A stretch of DNA of 64,000 bases from an uncultured Pseudomonadota bacterium. GTDB lineage: Bacteria; UBA10199; GCA-002796325; 1-14-0-20-49-13. The translations under genes and the position numbers were made by a program. The stretch covers positions 631 through 64,630 of the forward strand of contig CAZYHS010000009.1 in NCBI GenBank assembly GCA_964647545.1, given 5' to 3'. Under the pieces are notes generated by a model. That model was given only the letters and a program-made list of their open reading frames with translations. It ran no database searches and was not told the DNA's origin. Positions 32,118-42,151 of this stretch are shown here, one piece after another (the first letter of the stretch is position 1; each line of letters starts with the position of its first letter).

Positions 32118-32663
32118 ATGAACAAGTCAACGTACGAACAGAAATATCTAAATGAATGCGTGCCTTTCCTGATGAAGGAGTTTGGCTACAAGAGCCCGAT
32201 GCAGGTGCCGAAGATCAAAATGATCGTCGTGAACACCTCTTTGAAAGAGGCTACGCAAGACGCAAAGGTGCTCGATGCCGCGGCCAACGACTTGACGGCA
32301 ATTTCGGGACAGCGCGCTGTCATCACCCGCGCAAAGAAATCGATCTCTAACTTTAAGTTGCGCGCCGGTCAGGCGATCGGTTGCCGTGTGACGCTTCGCA
32401 GAAGGCCGATGTTCGAGTTTCTTAACAAGCTCGTCAATGTTACTTTGCCTCGCGTTCGCGATTTCAAGGGTGTGAATGCCCGTTCGTTCGACGGTCAGGG
32501 TAATTACACGCTTGGTCTTACAGAGCAGACGATTTTCCCCGAAATCAATCCGGATAAGGTTTCTAAGGTTTTCGGAATGAACATTACTTTTGTGACGACA
32601 GCGAAAACTGACAAAGAGGGTAAGGCTCTCCTGAAGTTCATGGGAATGCCTTTTAGGAACTAA
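32118..32663 (+). CDS. rplE: 50S ribosomal protein L5
   Basis: Conserved L5 sequence. Confidence 0.95.
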   Translation: MNKSTYEQKYLNECVPFLMKEFGYKSPMQVPKIKMIVVNTSLKEATQDAKVLDAAANDLTAISGQRAVITRAKKSISNFKLRAGQAIGCRVTLRRRPMFEFLNKLVNVTLPRVRDFKGVNARSFDGQGNYTLGLTEQTIFPEINPDKVSKVFGMNITFVTTAKTDKEGKALLKFMGMPFRN

Positions 32664-32667
32664 GACT

Positions 32668-32853
32668 ATGGCAAAGAAAAGTTTGATGGTGAAGTCAAAA
32701 CGTAAACCGAAGTTTAAAGTGCGCGCCTATAACAGGTGCCCGCTTTGCGGCAGGTCGAGAGCATATCTCAGAAGGTTCGGAATGTGCCGTATCTGCTTCC
32801 GCAAGAGGGCGCTTACCGGAGAACTTCCGGGCGTGGTTAAGGCTAGCTGGTAA
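32668..32853 (+). CDS. rpsZ: 30S ribosomal protein S14, zinc-ribbon type Z (61 aa)
   Basis: [22 protein letters not shown] with a CxxC...CxxC pattern. Confidence 0.93.
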   Translation: MAKKSLMVKSKRKPKFKVRAYNRCPLCGRSRAYLRRFGMCRICFRKRALTGELPGVVKASW

Positions 32854-32877
32854 AAAGTTTTTTGGAGAATTCAGATT

Positions 32878-33276
32878 ATGAGCATGACAGATCCGATCGC
32901 AGATTTCCTTACTTGCATTCGCAACGCGAACAGGGCGCTTTTGCCTCAGGCCTTGTCTCCGTATTCGCGCATGAAAGAAGAACTTGTTAAAGTTCTTAAG
33001 GACGAGGGCTACGTCAAAGGTTTTGAAACCGTTGGCGAGGGCGTCCGCAAAACGCTGGTTGTTTCAATGAAATATTCCCCGAAGCGCGAACGCGTCATCG
33101 AAGGGCTTGCCAAAGTTTCAAAGCCCGGACGCCGTGTTTACGTTTCGGTAGATAAAATCAAACCGGTCCGTGGTGGACTCGGCGTGGCAATCATTTCGAC
33201 GCCTAAGGGTATTTTGTCCGATGTCAATGCTAAGAAACATAACATTGGCGGCGAGTGGATCTGCAACGTTTGGTAA
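32878..33276 (+). CDS. rpsH: 30S ribosomal protein S8
   Basis: MSMTDPIADFLTCIRNA. Confidence 0.95.
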   Translation: MSMTDPIADFLTCIRNANRALLPQALSPYSRMKEELVKVLKDEGYVKGFETVGEGVRKTLVVSMKYSPKRERVIEGLAKVSKPGRRVYVSVDKIKPVRGGLGVAIISTPKGILSDVNAKKHNIGGEWICNVW

Positions 33277-33327
33277 TTTCGGCTTGCTTTCCTCGACAGT
33301 AAGGTCTTGGAATAATCAAGCATTAAA

Positions 33328-33894
33328 TTGGAAGAGCGTATGTCAAGAATTGGAAAAAAACCGATAGCATTGCCCGATAAGGTCAAGATCAGCGAGCAGA
33401 ACAATACGGTGACCGTTACAGGCCCGTTGGGTTCTTTGAAACTTGCTCTGCCCACAGGCTTTTCTGTAAAGGTCGAAGGCAACGTTTGCAACTTGGGCAG
33501 ATCGGCCGAAGATGCGCAAACGAAGGCTTTGCATGGTCTCTACAGATCGCTGTTGAACAACATGGCTTACGGTGTTGCTCACGGCTACACAAAAATTTTA
33601 GACATAGTCGGCGTTGGATACAAGTCCGAGCTTAAAGGCAAGGTGCTGGATCTTAACGTCGGTTATTCTCACACGGTTCACTTTCCGGTCCCCGAGGGAA
33701 TCAAGATCACGGTCGATAAACAGACTCGTATCACCGTGAACGGGATCGACAAACAGCTCGTCGGCGAGACTGCCGCGCGCATTCGCAAGGTCAAACCGCC
33801 TGAACCGTATCAGCAGAAGGGCATTAGATACTCTGATGAAATCGTTAAGAAGAAAGTTGGTAAAGCTGCGACGGCCGTTGGTGGTGGCAAGTAA
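33328..33894 (+). CDS. rplF: 50S ribosomal protein L6
   Basis: SRIGKKPIALPDKVK. The start may be the internal ATG at 33340. Confidence 0.93.
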   Translation: MEERMSRIGKKPIALPDKVKISEQNNTVTVTGPLGSLKLALPTGFSVKVEGNVCNLGRSAEDAQTKALHGLYRSLLNNMAYGVAHGYTKILDIVGVGYKSELKGKVLDLNVGYSHTVHFPVPEGIKITVDKQTRITVNGIDKQLVGETAARIRKVKPPEPYQQKGIRYSDEIVKKKVGKAATAVGGGK

Positions 33895-33910
33895 GCAGTA
33901 AGGTAAAAAT

Positions 33911-34270
33911 ATGGCGAACAAAAAATTAGAACAGAGACAGCGTAGAAAACTTCGTATCCGCAAGAAAATTGAGGGATCGACCGAGAGGCCACGTTTGAGC
34001 ATTTTTAAAAGTGACCGCCACATCTCGGCACAGATTATAGACGACATCAAGCGCAGCACCTTGATAGCCGCCTCCTCGCTCGATAAGAATTTCAAGGGCG
34101 ATAAGAGCATGGCCAAGATCGAGGGCGCCAAGAAGGTCGGATCACTTTTAGCCGAGCGCGCTATTGCCGCCGGCATTAAGACCGTTGTCTTTGACAGAAA
34201 CGGCTTTGCATATCACGGACGCGTTAAGGCATTTGCCGATGCGGCCAGAGAAAAGGGGCTAGTTTTCTAG
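33911..34270 (+). CDS. rplR: 50S ribosomal protein L18
   Basis: Conserved L18 sequence. Confidence 0.93.
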   Translation: MANKKLEQRQRRKLRIRKKIEGSTERPRLSIFKSDRHISAQIIDDIKRSTLIAASSLDKNFKGDKSMAKIEGAKKVGSLLAERAIAAGIKTVVFDRNGFAYHGRVKAFADAAREKGLVF

Positions 34271-34280
34271 GACATAAGTT

Positions 34281-34772
34281 ATGGCTGAATACTTTAAAAA
34301 ATCGTCAGAAAATATCGAAAAGGTCGTTCATATCGCGCGCGTCGCCAAAGTCGTTAAAGGCGGTAAACGCTTTAGCTTCTCTGCGCTGGCTGTCGTAGGC
34401 GACGGCAAGGGGCGCGTAGGCTACGGACTTGGCAAAGCCAATGAAGTGCCGGACGCCATCAGAAAAGCGACCGAGCGCGCAAAAAAACGTATGATCGACG
34501 TCCCCCGCAACAATAACACAATTCCGCACGAGGTTATCGGGCGTTACGGTGCGGCAAACGTTGTTTTGCGCCCAGCCAGCGACGGTACCGGAGTTATCGC
34601 CGGCTCGGTCGTTCGTGCGGTTGCAGAGGCTGCAGGAATTCATAACGTTCTTACAAAGTGCATCGGGACCAACAATCCGCACAATGTCATCAAAGCGGTG
34701 TTGAACGGTCTTGGCAAGTTACGCTCACCCGAGCAGACAAAGATCTTGAGGTCGAACAATGAAACTGAATGA
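34281..34772 (+). CDS. rpsE: 30S ribosomal protein S5
   Basis: dsRBD-like [33 protein letters not shown]. Confidence 0.95.
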   Translation: MAEYFKKSSENIEKVVHIARVAKVVKGGKRFSFSALAVVGDGKGRVGYGLGKANEVPDAIRKATERAKKRMIDVPRNNNTIPHEVIGRYGAANVVLRPASDGTGVIAGSVVRAVAEAAGIHNVLTKCIGTNNPHNVIKAVLNGLGKLRSPEQTKILRSNNETE

Positions 34773-35196
34773 ACTTAAGCCGTCATACGGTTCAAAACAT
34801 AGAGTTAAACGCCTTGGAAGAGGCGATGCCACAGGACACGGCGGCACGTCAACCAAAGGTCATAAGGGCCAAAAGGCTCGTTCGGGCGGTTATCATAAAG
34901 TAGGCTTTGAAGGCGGTCAGATGCCTTTGCAGCGCCGCATACCGAAGCGCGGATTTACGAATATTTTCCGGAAAGAATACGCCATCGTGAACGTCGGCAA
35001 ACTTTCCGTGTTCCCCAGCGGGAGCGAAGTTACGCCTGAGGCTTTGCTTGAAAAGGGGCTTATCAGCAAGCTCTTGGACGGTGTGAAGATCCTTGGCGCC
35101 GGTGAACTTAAGCATCCTTTAACGATTAAAGGTGCCGCTTTGCTTTCTAAGTCGGCGCAGGAAAAGATCAAAGCTGCAGGTGGAACTGTTGCATAA
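34759..35196 (+). CDS. rplO: 50S ribosomal protein L15
   Basis: [22 protein letters not shown]. Overlaps the rpsE end by 14 nt. No L30 gene lies between. Confidence 0.93.
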   Translation: MKLNELKPSYGSKHRVKRLGRGDATGHGGTSTKGHKGQKARSGGYHKVGFEGGQMPLQRRIPKRGFTNIFRKEYAIVNVGKLSVFPSGSEVTPEALLEKGLISKLLDGVKILGAGELKHPLTIKGAALLSKSAQEKIKAAGGTVA

Positions 35197-35211
35197 AGCT
35201 AGGGGGCGCTA

Positions 35212-36516
35212 ATGCAGGTTGTCGGCAACATAGCAAAGATTCCGGAACTAAGAAAAAGAGTGATCTTTTCTTTATTGATGCTCGCCGTTTATAGGCTGGG
35301 CATTTATATCCCCACGCCCGGAATTAATGCCGACGCGCTTAAGAGAGTTCTTTCGCAGGGGACGGTCTTTGACATTTTTAATCTCTTTTCGGGCGGTGCG
35401 CTCGAACGTTTTTCGGTTTTTGCGCTGGGAATTATGCCTTATATCAGCGCGTCGATCATTCTGCAGCTGCTTGCGGTTGCTCTTCCGGCGGTAGCGCGTC
35501 TTCAAAAAGATGGCGAATCCGGTCGTAGAAAAATTACTCAATACACAAGATACGGCACGGTTCTGCTTAGCTTGGTGCAGGGTTTTGGTATCAGTTTTGG
35601 ATTAGAGCAGCAGGGTGTTTTACTGCCGGGTATTGGTGGAGTTGGTTTCTATTTAACTACGATGGCAACGTTGGCAGCAGGAACGTGCTTTTTGATGTGG
35701 CTTGGCGAACAAATTTCCGAACGTGGAATCGGCAACGGTATTTCACTGATAATATTTTCGGGTATCGTTACCAGAATCCCCGGCGGTTTTCGCGATGCTT
35801 GGAATACAAAAGAGCAGTTTGCCGGATTGTTCGGATTTATTTTGCTTTTGGCAGCGATCGCCGGAATCATTGCTTTGATAATCTATTTTGAACGCAGCCA
35901 TAGACGCATTCCGGTTCAATATGCCAAACGCATTGTCGGTCGTAAAATGTACGGCGGACAGGAGTCATTTTTGCCGCTTAAGTTGAATATGGCCGGTGTT
36001 ATCCCGCCTATTTTCGCGAGCAGCTTGATTTTGTTCCCTGCGACAATTGCACAATTTGTTAAGAACGAGAAGATGCAGGCATTGGCTGGGCTGTTGTCAC
36101 AAGGTTGGGTGCACGATTTTCTTTATGCCGGCCTTATTATTTTCTTTTGCTATTTTTACACGGCGGTTACTTTCAACCCCGTTGATGTAGCTGAAAATAT
36201 GCGCAAGTACGGCGGTTATATACCGGGAATAAGACCCGGTAAAAACACCTCCGATTACATCGACAGCATTTTAACGAGAATTACGCTCGGCGGAGCGATT
36301 TACATTACGTTCATTTGTTTGCTTCCGTCGATACTTATAGCTAAGTTCGGAATTCCGCCTAGCCTTGCTTCGACATTCGGTGGAACTTCTTTGTTGATCG
36401 TGGTCGGCGTTGCAATGGATACAGTTGCTCAGATAGAGGCTCATCTCCTTTCGCGTCATTACGAAGGATTTTTGGGCGCAAAGATGGGCGGCCGCTTCAA
36501 AGGACGAAAGGGTTGA
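35212..36516 (+). CDS. secY: preprotein translocase subunit SecY
   Basis: 10-TM profile and conserved SecY blocks. Confidence 0.95.
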   Translation: MQVVGNIAKIPELRKRVIFSLLMLAVYRLGIYIPTPGINADALKRVLSQGTVFDIFNLFSGGALERFSVFALGIMPYISASIILQLLAVALPAVARLQKDGESGRRKITQYTRYGTVLLSLVQGFGISFGLEQQGVLLPGIGGVGFYLTTMATLAAGTCFLMWLGEQISERGIGNGISLIIFSGIVTRIPGGFRDAWNTKEQFAGLFGFILLLAAIAGIIALIIYFERSHRRIPVQYAKRIVGRKMYGGQESFLPLKLNMAGVIPPIFASSLILFPATIAQFVKNEKMQALAGLLSQGWVHDFLYAGLIIFFCYFYTAVTFNPVDVAENMRKYGGYIPGIRPGKNTSDYIDSILTRITLGGAIYITFICLLPSILIAKFGIPPSLASTFGGTSLLIVVGVAMDTVAQIEAHLLSRHYEGFLGAKMGGRFKGRKG

Positions 36517-36520
36517 TCCG

Positions 36521-37174
36521 ATGAGGCTTGTGCTGCTTGGAGCGCCCGGTTCCGGCAAGGGGACACAGGGCGAGCGCATTGCAAAAAAGTACGGAATTCC
36601 GCAGCTCTCTACCGGAGATATCTTGCGGGGCGCGGTTAGAGATAAAACTGAGCTTGGGAATCTCGCAGCTTCCTACATGAACAAAGGGGAGCTTGTTCCT
36701 GACGCGGTAATTTTGGATTTAATGGCTGACCGCATAACACAGGCAGATTGCGCGGCCGGTTATATTTTAGATGGTTTTCCACGCACTCTCGAACAGGGGC
36801 GGGGACTTGATAGAATGCTTGAAAAAGCCGGTCAGAAACTTGATGCGGCGATAAACATAGATGTAAACGACGCTGAAGTTGTGAAAAGGCTTGGCGGACG
36901 GAGATCCTGCCCTAAGTGCGGAGCCGTTTACCACATTGAATTTTCAAAGCCGGCAACGAGTGATGCGTGCGATAGGTGTGGAAGCGCTCTTTACCAGCGT
37001 GATGACGACAAAGAAGAAACGATCAGAAACAGGCTTGCCGTTTATGCTGCGCAGACGGCCCCTCTGATCGATTATTATAAATCGATATTGCATACGATAG
37101 ACGGAACCAAAAATGCGGAGTCGGTTTTTAATAGTATTTGCTCTTTGATAGAAAAAATAGTCGCTCGCGCATAA
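36521..37174 (+). CDS. adk: adenylate kinase (Zn-binding lid type)
   Basis: P-loop GAPGSGKGTQ and lid CPKCG...CDRCG. Confidence 0.95.
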   Translation: MRLVLLGAPGSGKGTQGERIAKKYGIPQLSTGDILRGAVRDKTELGNLAASYMNKGELVPDAVILDLMADRITQADCAAGYILDGFPRTLEQGRGLDRMLEKAGQKLDAAINIDVNDAEVVKRLGGRRSCPKCGAVYHIEFSKPATSDACDRCGSALYQRDDDKEETIRNRLAVYAAQTAPLIDYYKSILHTIDGTKNAESVFNSICSLIEKIVARA

Positions 37175-37189
37175 ACACAGAGGATGTAG

Positions 37190-37936
37190 GTGATAATTTT
37201 AAAGTCACACTCCGAAATTGAGATTATGCGTGAGGTTAATCAGATCGTAGCCGGCGCCCTTGAGGCTGTCGGAAAACTGATAGCGCCCGGGGTTACGACG
37301 ATCGAGCTCGACAGAGTCGCCGAGGAATACATTCTTTCAAAGAAAGCCAAGGCCGCATTTAAGAACTATCGTGGCTACAAACACACCTTGTGTACTTCGG
37401 TGAACGAAGAGGTAGTTCACGGCATCCCCAGCGCTCGAAAATTGAAAGAGGGCGACATAGTCGGAGTAGATTGCGGCGCATTGTTGAAGGGTTTTTACGG
37501 CGATATGGCCAGAACCTTTGCGGTCGGAAAGATCGACAACGAAGCTCGTCGTCTGCTGAATGTAACCGAAGAGTCGCTTTACAAAGGGATCGAAGCGGCG
37601 GTTGTCGGCAACAGGTTGCACGATATTTCGGCGGCGGTTCAGCGGCATGTTGAAGCGGCAGGCTTTTCGGTGGTTCGTGATTTTGTGGGCCACGGTATAG
37701 GAACCGGACTTCATGAAGATCCTCAGATACCGAATTTCGGTGAAGCCGGAACCGGCGTGAAGCTTAAAGAAGGTATGGTTTTTGCGATTGAGCCGATGGT
37801 GAATGCCGGCGACTGGAGAGTTAAAGTTTTAAATGACGGTTGGACGGTTGTAACGCAAGATATGAGTTTATCGGCCCACTTCGAACATTCGATAGCGATA
37901 ACGAAAGACGGGCCTTGTATTTTAGGTAACATTTAA
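37190..37936 (+). CDS. map: methionine aminopeptidase type I
   Basis: Pita-bread fold motifs including VGHGIG. GTG start at 37190. Confidence 0.9.
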   Translation: MIILKSHSEIEIMREVNQIVAGALEAVGKLIAPGVTTIELDRVAEEYILSKKAKAAFKNYRGYKHTLCTSVNEEVVHGIPSARKLKEGDIVGVDCGALLKGFYGDMARTFAVGKIDNEARRLLNVTEESLYKGIEAAVVGNRLHDISAAVQRHVEAAGFSVVRDFVGHGIGTGLHEDPQIPNFGEAGTGVKLKEGMVFAIEPMVNAGDWRVKVLNDGWTVVTQDMSLSAHFEHSIAITKDGPCILGNI

Positions 37937-37949
37937 ACAGGACTTTTAA

Positions 37950-38168
37950 GTGGCAAAAGAAGATGTGATAGTTGTTGAAGGCACGGTGCTTGAATGCCTT
38001 CCTAACGCAATGTTTAGGGTCGAACTGCCCAATGGGCACAAGATCTTGGCGCATATTTCCGGTAAAATGAGGATGCATTTCATCAAGATTTTACCGGGAG
38101 ACAAAGTAACAATAGAACTTTCGCCGTACGATCTTACCAGAGGTCGCATCACTTACAGGGCGAAGTAA
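37950..38168 (+). CDS. infA: translation initiation factor IF-1
   Basis: [41 protein letters not shown]. Confidence 0.95.
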   Translation: MAKEDVIVVEGTVLECLPNAMFRVELPNGHKILAHISGKMRMHFIKILPGDKVTIELSPYDLTRGRITYRAK

Positions 38169-38176
38169 GGGTTATT

Positions 38177-38293
38177 ATGAAGATAAGGTCATCAATTAAA
38201 AAGATTTGTGTTAACTGCAAGATTGTTCGCAGAAAAGGTGTGCTTCGCGTTATCTGTAAAAAGAATCCGAAGCATAAACAGAAACAGGGCTGA
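38177..38293 (+). CDS. rpmJ: 50S ribosomal protein L36
   Basis: 38-aa [41 protein letters not shown] (zinc-ribbon CxxC...C..H). It is below the ORF-track cutoff. Confidence 0.9.
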   Translation: MKIRSSIKKICVNCKIVRRKGVLRVICKKNPKHKQKQG

Positions 38294-38378
38294 TTTTTAT
38301 TACGTGGATAGCTTTAAGCGCCTGTCGTAAACGTTTTGTTCGTTCACGCATCGCGCTAGGCTTATCGCGCTTTTTATT

Positions 38379-38765
38379 ATGCCAAGAATCGCAGGTGTCG
38401 ATATACCGGCAAAGAAGAAAATTGCTTTCTCGCTGAGGTATATTTACGGGATCGGGCCTACCAACGCCAAAGAGATCCTCAAGAAAGCCAAGATCGACGA
38501 AAACGTCAGGGCCGATCAGCTGACCGAAGCACAGGTCGCTTTGATCCGCGAGCTCATCGATGCGGAATTTAAGGTTGAAGGCGATTTGCGCCGTGAGATC
38601 CAGTCCAACATCAAGTTGCTCAAGGACATGGGAGCCTACAGAGGCGGACGTCATATCAGACATCTTCCGTGCCGCGGCCAGCGCACGCATACCAACGCTC
38701 GTACCGCAAAAGGTCGTCCGCGTATCGCGATCGCCGGTAAGAAAAAAGCCACCGGACCGATGTAA
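38379..38765 (+). CDS. rpsM: 30S ribosomal protein S13
   Basis: [26 protein letters not shown]. Confidence 0.95.
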   Translation: MPRIAGVDIPAKKKIAFSLRYIYGIGPTNAKEILKKAKIDENVRADQLTEAQVALIRELIDAEFKVEGDLRREIQSNIKLLKDMGAYRGGRHIRHLPCRGQRTHTNARTAKGRPRIAIAGKKKATGPM

Positions 38766-38837
38766 TTAAAAATGTTTGTTAACTGCTGTTGTCGCTAAAT
38801 ATCTGGCGACAGAGGCAAAAGGAATACAGGAAGGATT

Positions 38838-39317
38838 ATGGCCGAAGAAATCAAGGAAGTAAAAGAAGGGCAAAAGCCCAAAAAAGAGGCTAAACCGGAA
38901 GCGGCGGCAGCAGGTGCAGCAGCCGAAGGCGAGGTCCAAGTTGTTGTTAAAAAGAAAAAGGGCAAAAAGAACGTCTCCACCGGAGTTGTTCACATTCAGG
39001 CCACTTTCAACAACACCATCATTTCGATAAGCGACACTCTTGGAAACGTTCTCTGCTGGTGCACTTCGGGAACGAAAGGCTTCAAGGGCTCGAAAAAAGG
39101 GACACCGTTCGCCGCGCAGCTTGCAGCTGAAACAGCTTGCAAAAAAGCGGTCGAATACGGAATGAAATCGGTTTCGGTTATCGTTCGCGGCCCCGGAGCA
39201 GGCAGAGAGTCGGCCCTCCGCGCGATCGCCCATGCCGGTATCAGAGTTTCGTCCATTCGCGATCTTACGCCGATTCCGCACAACGGCTGCAGACCGCCGA
39301 AAAAGAGGAGAATATAA
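38838..39317 (+). CDS. rpsK: 30S ribosomal protein S11 with an N-terminal extension of about 30 aa rich in Lys/Glu/Ala
   Basis: Canonical S11 core ([22 protein letters not shown]...[14 protein letters not shown]) preceded by [34 protein letters not shown]. Confidence 0.93.
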   Translation: MAEEIKEVKEGQKPKKEAKPEAAAAGAAAEGEVQVVVKKKKGKKNVSTGVVHIQATFNNTIISISDTLGNVLCWCTSGTKGFKGSKKGTPFAAQLAAETACKKAVEYGMKSVSVIVRGPGAGRESALRAIAHAGIRVSSIRDLTPIPHNGCRPPKKRRI

Positions 39318-39323
39318 TTTCCT

Positions 39324-39953
39324 ATGGCAAAGTATAACGACGCAGTCTGCAGACTCTGCAGAAGAGAAGGCATTAAATTATTTCTTAAAGGCGAACGTTG
39401 CTTCACCGACAAATGTTCGGTTGAACGCAGAGCCTACGCTCCCGGTCAGCATGGCCAGCGTGGAGGTCGTAAACCGACCGAATACGCCGTTCAGCTCCGT
39501 GAGAAGCAGAAAGCAAAGAGAGTTTACGGCGTTCTTGAACGTCAGTTCAGGCTCTACTTTGAAATGGCCGAAAGCATGAAGGGCGTTACCGGCGACAATC
39601 TTCTTCAGCTGCTTGAACGCAGGCTCGATAATATGGTCTATCGCATGGGGTTTGCCCCGTCGAGATCGGAAGCCCGTCACTTAGTGAAGCACGGACATTT
39701 TACCGTCAACGGTAAAAAAATCGACATCCCGTCTTATTTGCTTAAGCAGGGTGACGAAGTTGCGGTCCGCACTAAGAGCCGCAATTCGACATGGCTCAAA
39801 GAGGCCTATGAATTTGTGGAACGGCACGGACTCCCTGAATGGGTTCAGCTCAACAGGGATAATCATGTTGCCAAGTTCGTTCAATATCCGGCGCGCGACC
39901 AGCTCACGCTCCCGATCAACGAACAGCTGATCGTCGAACTATATTCGAAGTAA
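39324..39953 (+). CDS. rpsD: 30S ribosomal protein S4
   Basis: Zn-finger-like CRLCRREGIKLFLKGERC and S4 domain. Confidence 0.95.
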   Translation: MAKYNDAVCRLCRREGIKLFLKGERCFTDKCSVERRAYAPGQHGQRGGRKPTEYAVQLREKQKAKRVYGVLERQFRLYFEMAESMKGVTGDNLLQLLERRLDNMVYRMGFAPSRSEARHLVKHGHFTVNGKKIDIPSYLLKQGDEVAVRTKSRNSTWLKEAYEFVERHGLPEWVQLNRDNHVAKFVQYPARDQLTLPINEQLIVELYSK

Positions 39954-39977
39954 TAATTAAATACGGAGTAACAAACT

Positions 39978-40988
39978 ATGTATCGTAACTGGCGTGACCT
40001 AATTAGGCCGAAGATGCTCGAAGTGGACAGAGATGTTCTTACTCCCACGTACGGCAAGTTCGTGGCAAAACCACTTGAACGCGGCTACGGCATCACTCTT
40101 GGCAACTCGCTTAGGCGTATTCTTTTGTCGTCGTTGCAAGGTGCGGCTGTTACCGCCGTAAAGATCGACGGCGTTTTGCACGAGTTTTCCACGATCGCCG
40201 GCGTTCGCGAAGATGTCACAACCATCATTTTGAATCTCAAAGACCTCCGTTTGAAACTGACCGAAGGGACAAGCGAGATCATTCACATTGATGTGACCGG
40301 CCCCCGCGAAGTCAAAGCAAGAGACATTAAAACAACCTCTAAGGTCGAGATTTTAAATCCCGACCTGCACATTGCCACCGTCGGCAGCGAAGGAAAGTTG
40401 AAGATGGAGCTGCATGTTAAGCTCGGGAGAGGTTATGTTCTTGCGGAGCGTAACAAAGAAGATGGCCAGCCGATCGGCGTGATCCCGATGGATGCGATTC
40501 ACACACCCATCTTGAAAGTTAACTATAGCGTCGCCAATGCCCGTGTCGGACAGATGACCGACTACGATAAGCTGACAATGGAAGTTTGGACCGACGGTTC
40601 GGTCAAGCCTGAAGACGCCGTTGCTTTCTCTGCCAAAATCCTCAAAGAACAGCTGCAGATATTCATCAACTTTGAAGAGACGGTCGAGCCGGTTGAGGAG
40701 ATTCGCTCCGAAGAAGGACCGCGCCTTAACCCGAACCTTTACAGAAGGGTCGATGAGCTCGAGCTTTCCGTTCGTTCGGCAAACTGTCTGCAGAACGCCG
40801 ACATCAAATACATCGGCGAGCTTTGCCAGAGAAGCGAAACTGAAATGCTCAAGACAAAGAACTTTGGACGTAAATCGTTGAACGAAATTAAAGAAATTTT
40901 GACATCTATGGGTTTGGCGCTCGGTATGAAGCTCGACGGTTTTGCGATCGGCGACGCCGAGAAATTTAGACCTAAAGATATTGAATAA
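39978..40988 (+). CDS. rpoA: DNA-directed RNA polymerase subunit alpha
   Basis: N-terminal dimerisation domain and C-terminal domain motif. Confidence 0.95.
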   Translation: MYRNWRDLIRPKMLEVDRDVLTPTYGKFVAKPLERGYGITLGNSLRRILLSSLQGAAVTAVKIDGVLHEFSTIAGVREDVTTIILNLKDLRLKLTEGTSEIIHIDVTGPREVKARDIKTTSKVEILNPDLHIATVGSEGKLKMELHVKLGRGYVLAERNKEDGQPIGVIPMDAIHTPILKVNYSVANARVGQMTDYDKLTMEVWTDGSVKPEDAVAFSAKILKEQLQIFINFEETVEPVEEIRSEEGPRLNPNLYRRVDELELSVRSANCLQNADIKYIGELCQRSETEMLKTKNFGRKSLNEIKEILTSMGLALGMKLDGFAIGDAEKFRPKDIE

Positions 40989-41006
40989 CTTTTTGGTGAA
41001 ATTGCT

Positions 41007-41480
41007 ATGAGACACAACTACGCACATAGAAGACTTGGTCGCAACACGCCGCACAGACTCGCGCTGTTCAGAAATATGCTTTCTGCGCTTGTGAACCGCG
41101 ATCGCATCGAAACAACGCTCGGCAAAGCGCGTGAACTTAGGCCTATGGCCGATAAGCTAATAACGCTCGCGAAAGAGGCTAGCATTCCGGCCCGTCGCAG
41201 GGCTTTTAGCTTGCTTCGTGACGACGATGCCGTGAAGAAACTTTTTTCGGTTATGGCAGAGCGCTACAACGAGAGAAAAGGCGGTTATACCCGCATTTTA
41301 AAGCTTGGCCACAGACACGGTGATTGCGCTCCGATGGCGATTCTTGAATATCTTACGGCCGAAGTGAAGGCCGACAAAGCCGCAAAGCCTGCCAAAGCGG
41401 CAAAAGCAGCTAAGGCTGAAAAGGCTCCTAAGGCTGCGAAGAAAACAAAACCGGCCGCCAAGAAGGCGAAATCAGAATAG
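41007..41480 (+). CDS. rplQ: 50S ribosomal protein L17 with an Ala/Lys-rich C-terminal tail
   Basis: Canonical L17 core followed by a repeat-like tail of about 35 aa, [37 protein letters not shown]. Confidence 0.93.
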   Translation: MRHNYAHRRLGRNTPHRLALFRNMLSALVNRDRIETTLGKARELRPMADKLITLAKEASIPARRRAFSLLRDDDAVKKLFSVMAERYNERKGGYTRILKLGHRHGDCAPMAILEYLTAEVKADKAAKPAKAAKAAKAEKAPKAAKKTKPAAKKAKSE

Positions 41481-41483
41481 TCG

Positions 41484-41990
41484 ATGAGACTTAAGCTGAC
41501 GGCATTAATCGTGCTGGTTTTTACGCTCGTCGGGCTTTACACGTATAAAAAATTTGTAACACCTTTTTCAAGGGGCGACTTGTCGCCCCTTTTTGTTTTA
41601 AAAGACATAGACGGCAATGAAGTTAGTCTCGCTAAATTTCGCGGAAGCATGGTCCTTGTTCACTTTTGGGCGACATGGTGTCCAAACTGCGTTTCAGAAC
41701 TTCCCCACTTAGATCGATTTGCCGCCGAAAATCCGGAGCTCGTAATACTCTCAATAAGCGAGGACGATTCGGCCGAGACGGTTTTAAATTTTCTCGGCGA
41801 CGTTAAACTTTCAATGTTGATATTGCTCGACGAGAACTCCCGCGTGGCCGACCTTTTTAAAAGTTACATGGTTCCTCAATCGTTTTTGCTGGACGAAGAC
41901 GGCAGGTTCGTAGATTTTTTTATTGGTCCGCAGAATTGGCTTGATTCAAAACTGCTTGAGAAGCTAAAAAAAGACATTCCTGAGCTCTAA
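41484..41990 (+). CDS. TlpA/ResA-like membrane-anchored thiol-disulfide oxidoreductase
   Basis: N-terminal signal anchor and thioredoxin active site WATWCPNC. Confidence 0.75.
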   Translation: MRLKLTALIVLVFTLVGLYTYKKFVTPFSRGDLSPLFVLKDIDGNEVSLAKFRGSMVLVHFWATWCPNCVSELPHLDRFAAENPELVILSISEDDSAETVLNFLGDVKLSMLILLDENSRVADLFKSYMVPQSFLLDEDGRFVDFFIGPQNWLDSKLLEKLKKDIPEL

Positions 41991-42085
41991 AAAAGCCCTG
42001 TATTAACAGGGGGTTGCGGTATTTATAAAAAATGTAAAAAAGTAAGCAACTTTTTCTAAAACTTACCGAGAACCTATATGGGAGA

Positions 42086-42132
42086 CCAAACCATCGTGGT
42101 TTGGTGCAATTTTCCGGAAGGGATATCCGGAA
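42086..42132 (+). promoter_or_regulatory. two tandem perfect hairpins in the 5' leader of the lipoprotein gene
   Basis: CCAAACCA-TCG-TGGTTTGG (8-bp stem) then TTCCGGA-AGGGATA-TCCGGAA (7-bp stem) followed by TTTT. The RBS GGAGG is at about 42140 and the ATG at 42152. Confidence 0.3.
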
Positions 42133-42151
42133 TTTTATGGAGGATAGGGAA

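Noticed and set aside
42101-42151. Track ORF start at 42101 for the lipoprotein gene (N-terminus MVQFSGRDIRNFMEDRE)
   Set aside because: A signal peptide with a lipobox begins at the ATG at 42152, which is preceded by a GGAGG RBS. The upstream extension would place a hydrophilic 17-aa segment ahead of the signal peptide and would run through the leader hairpins.
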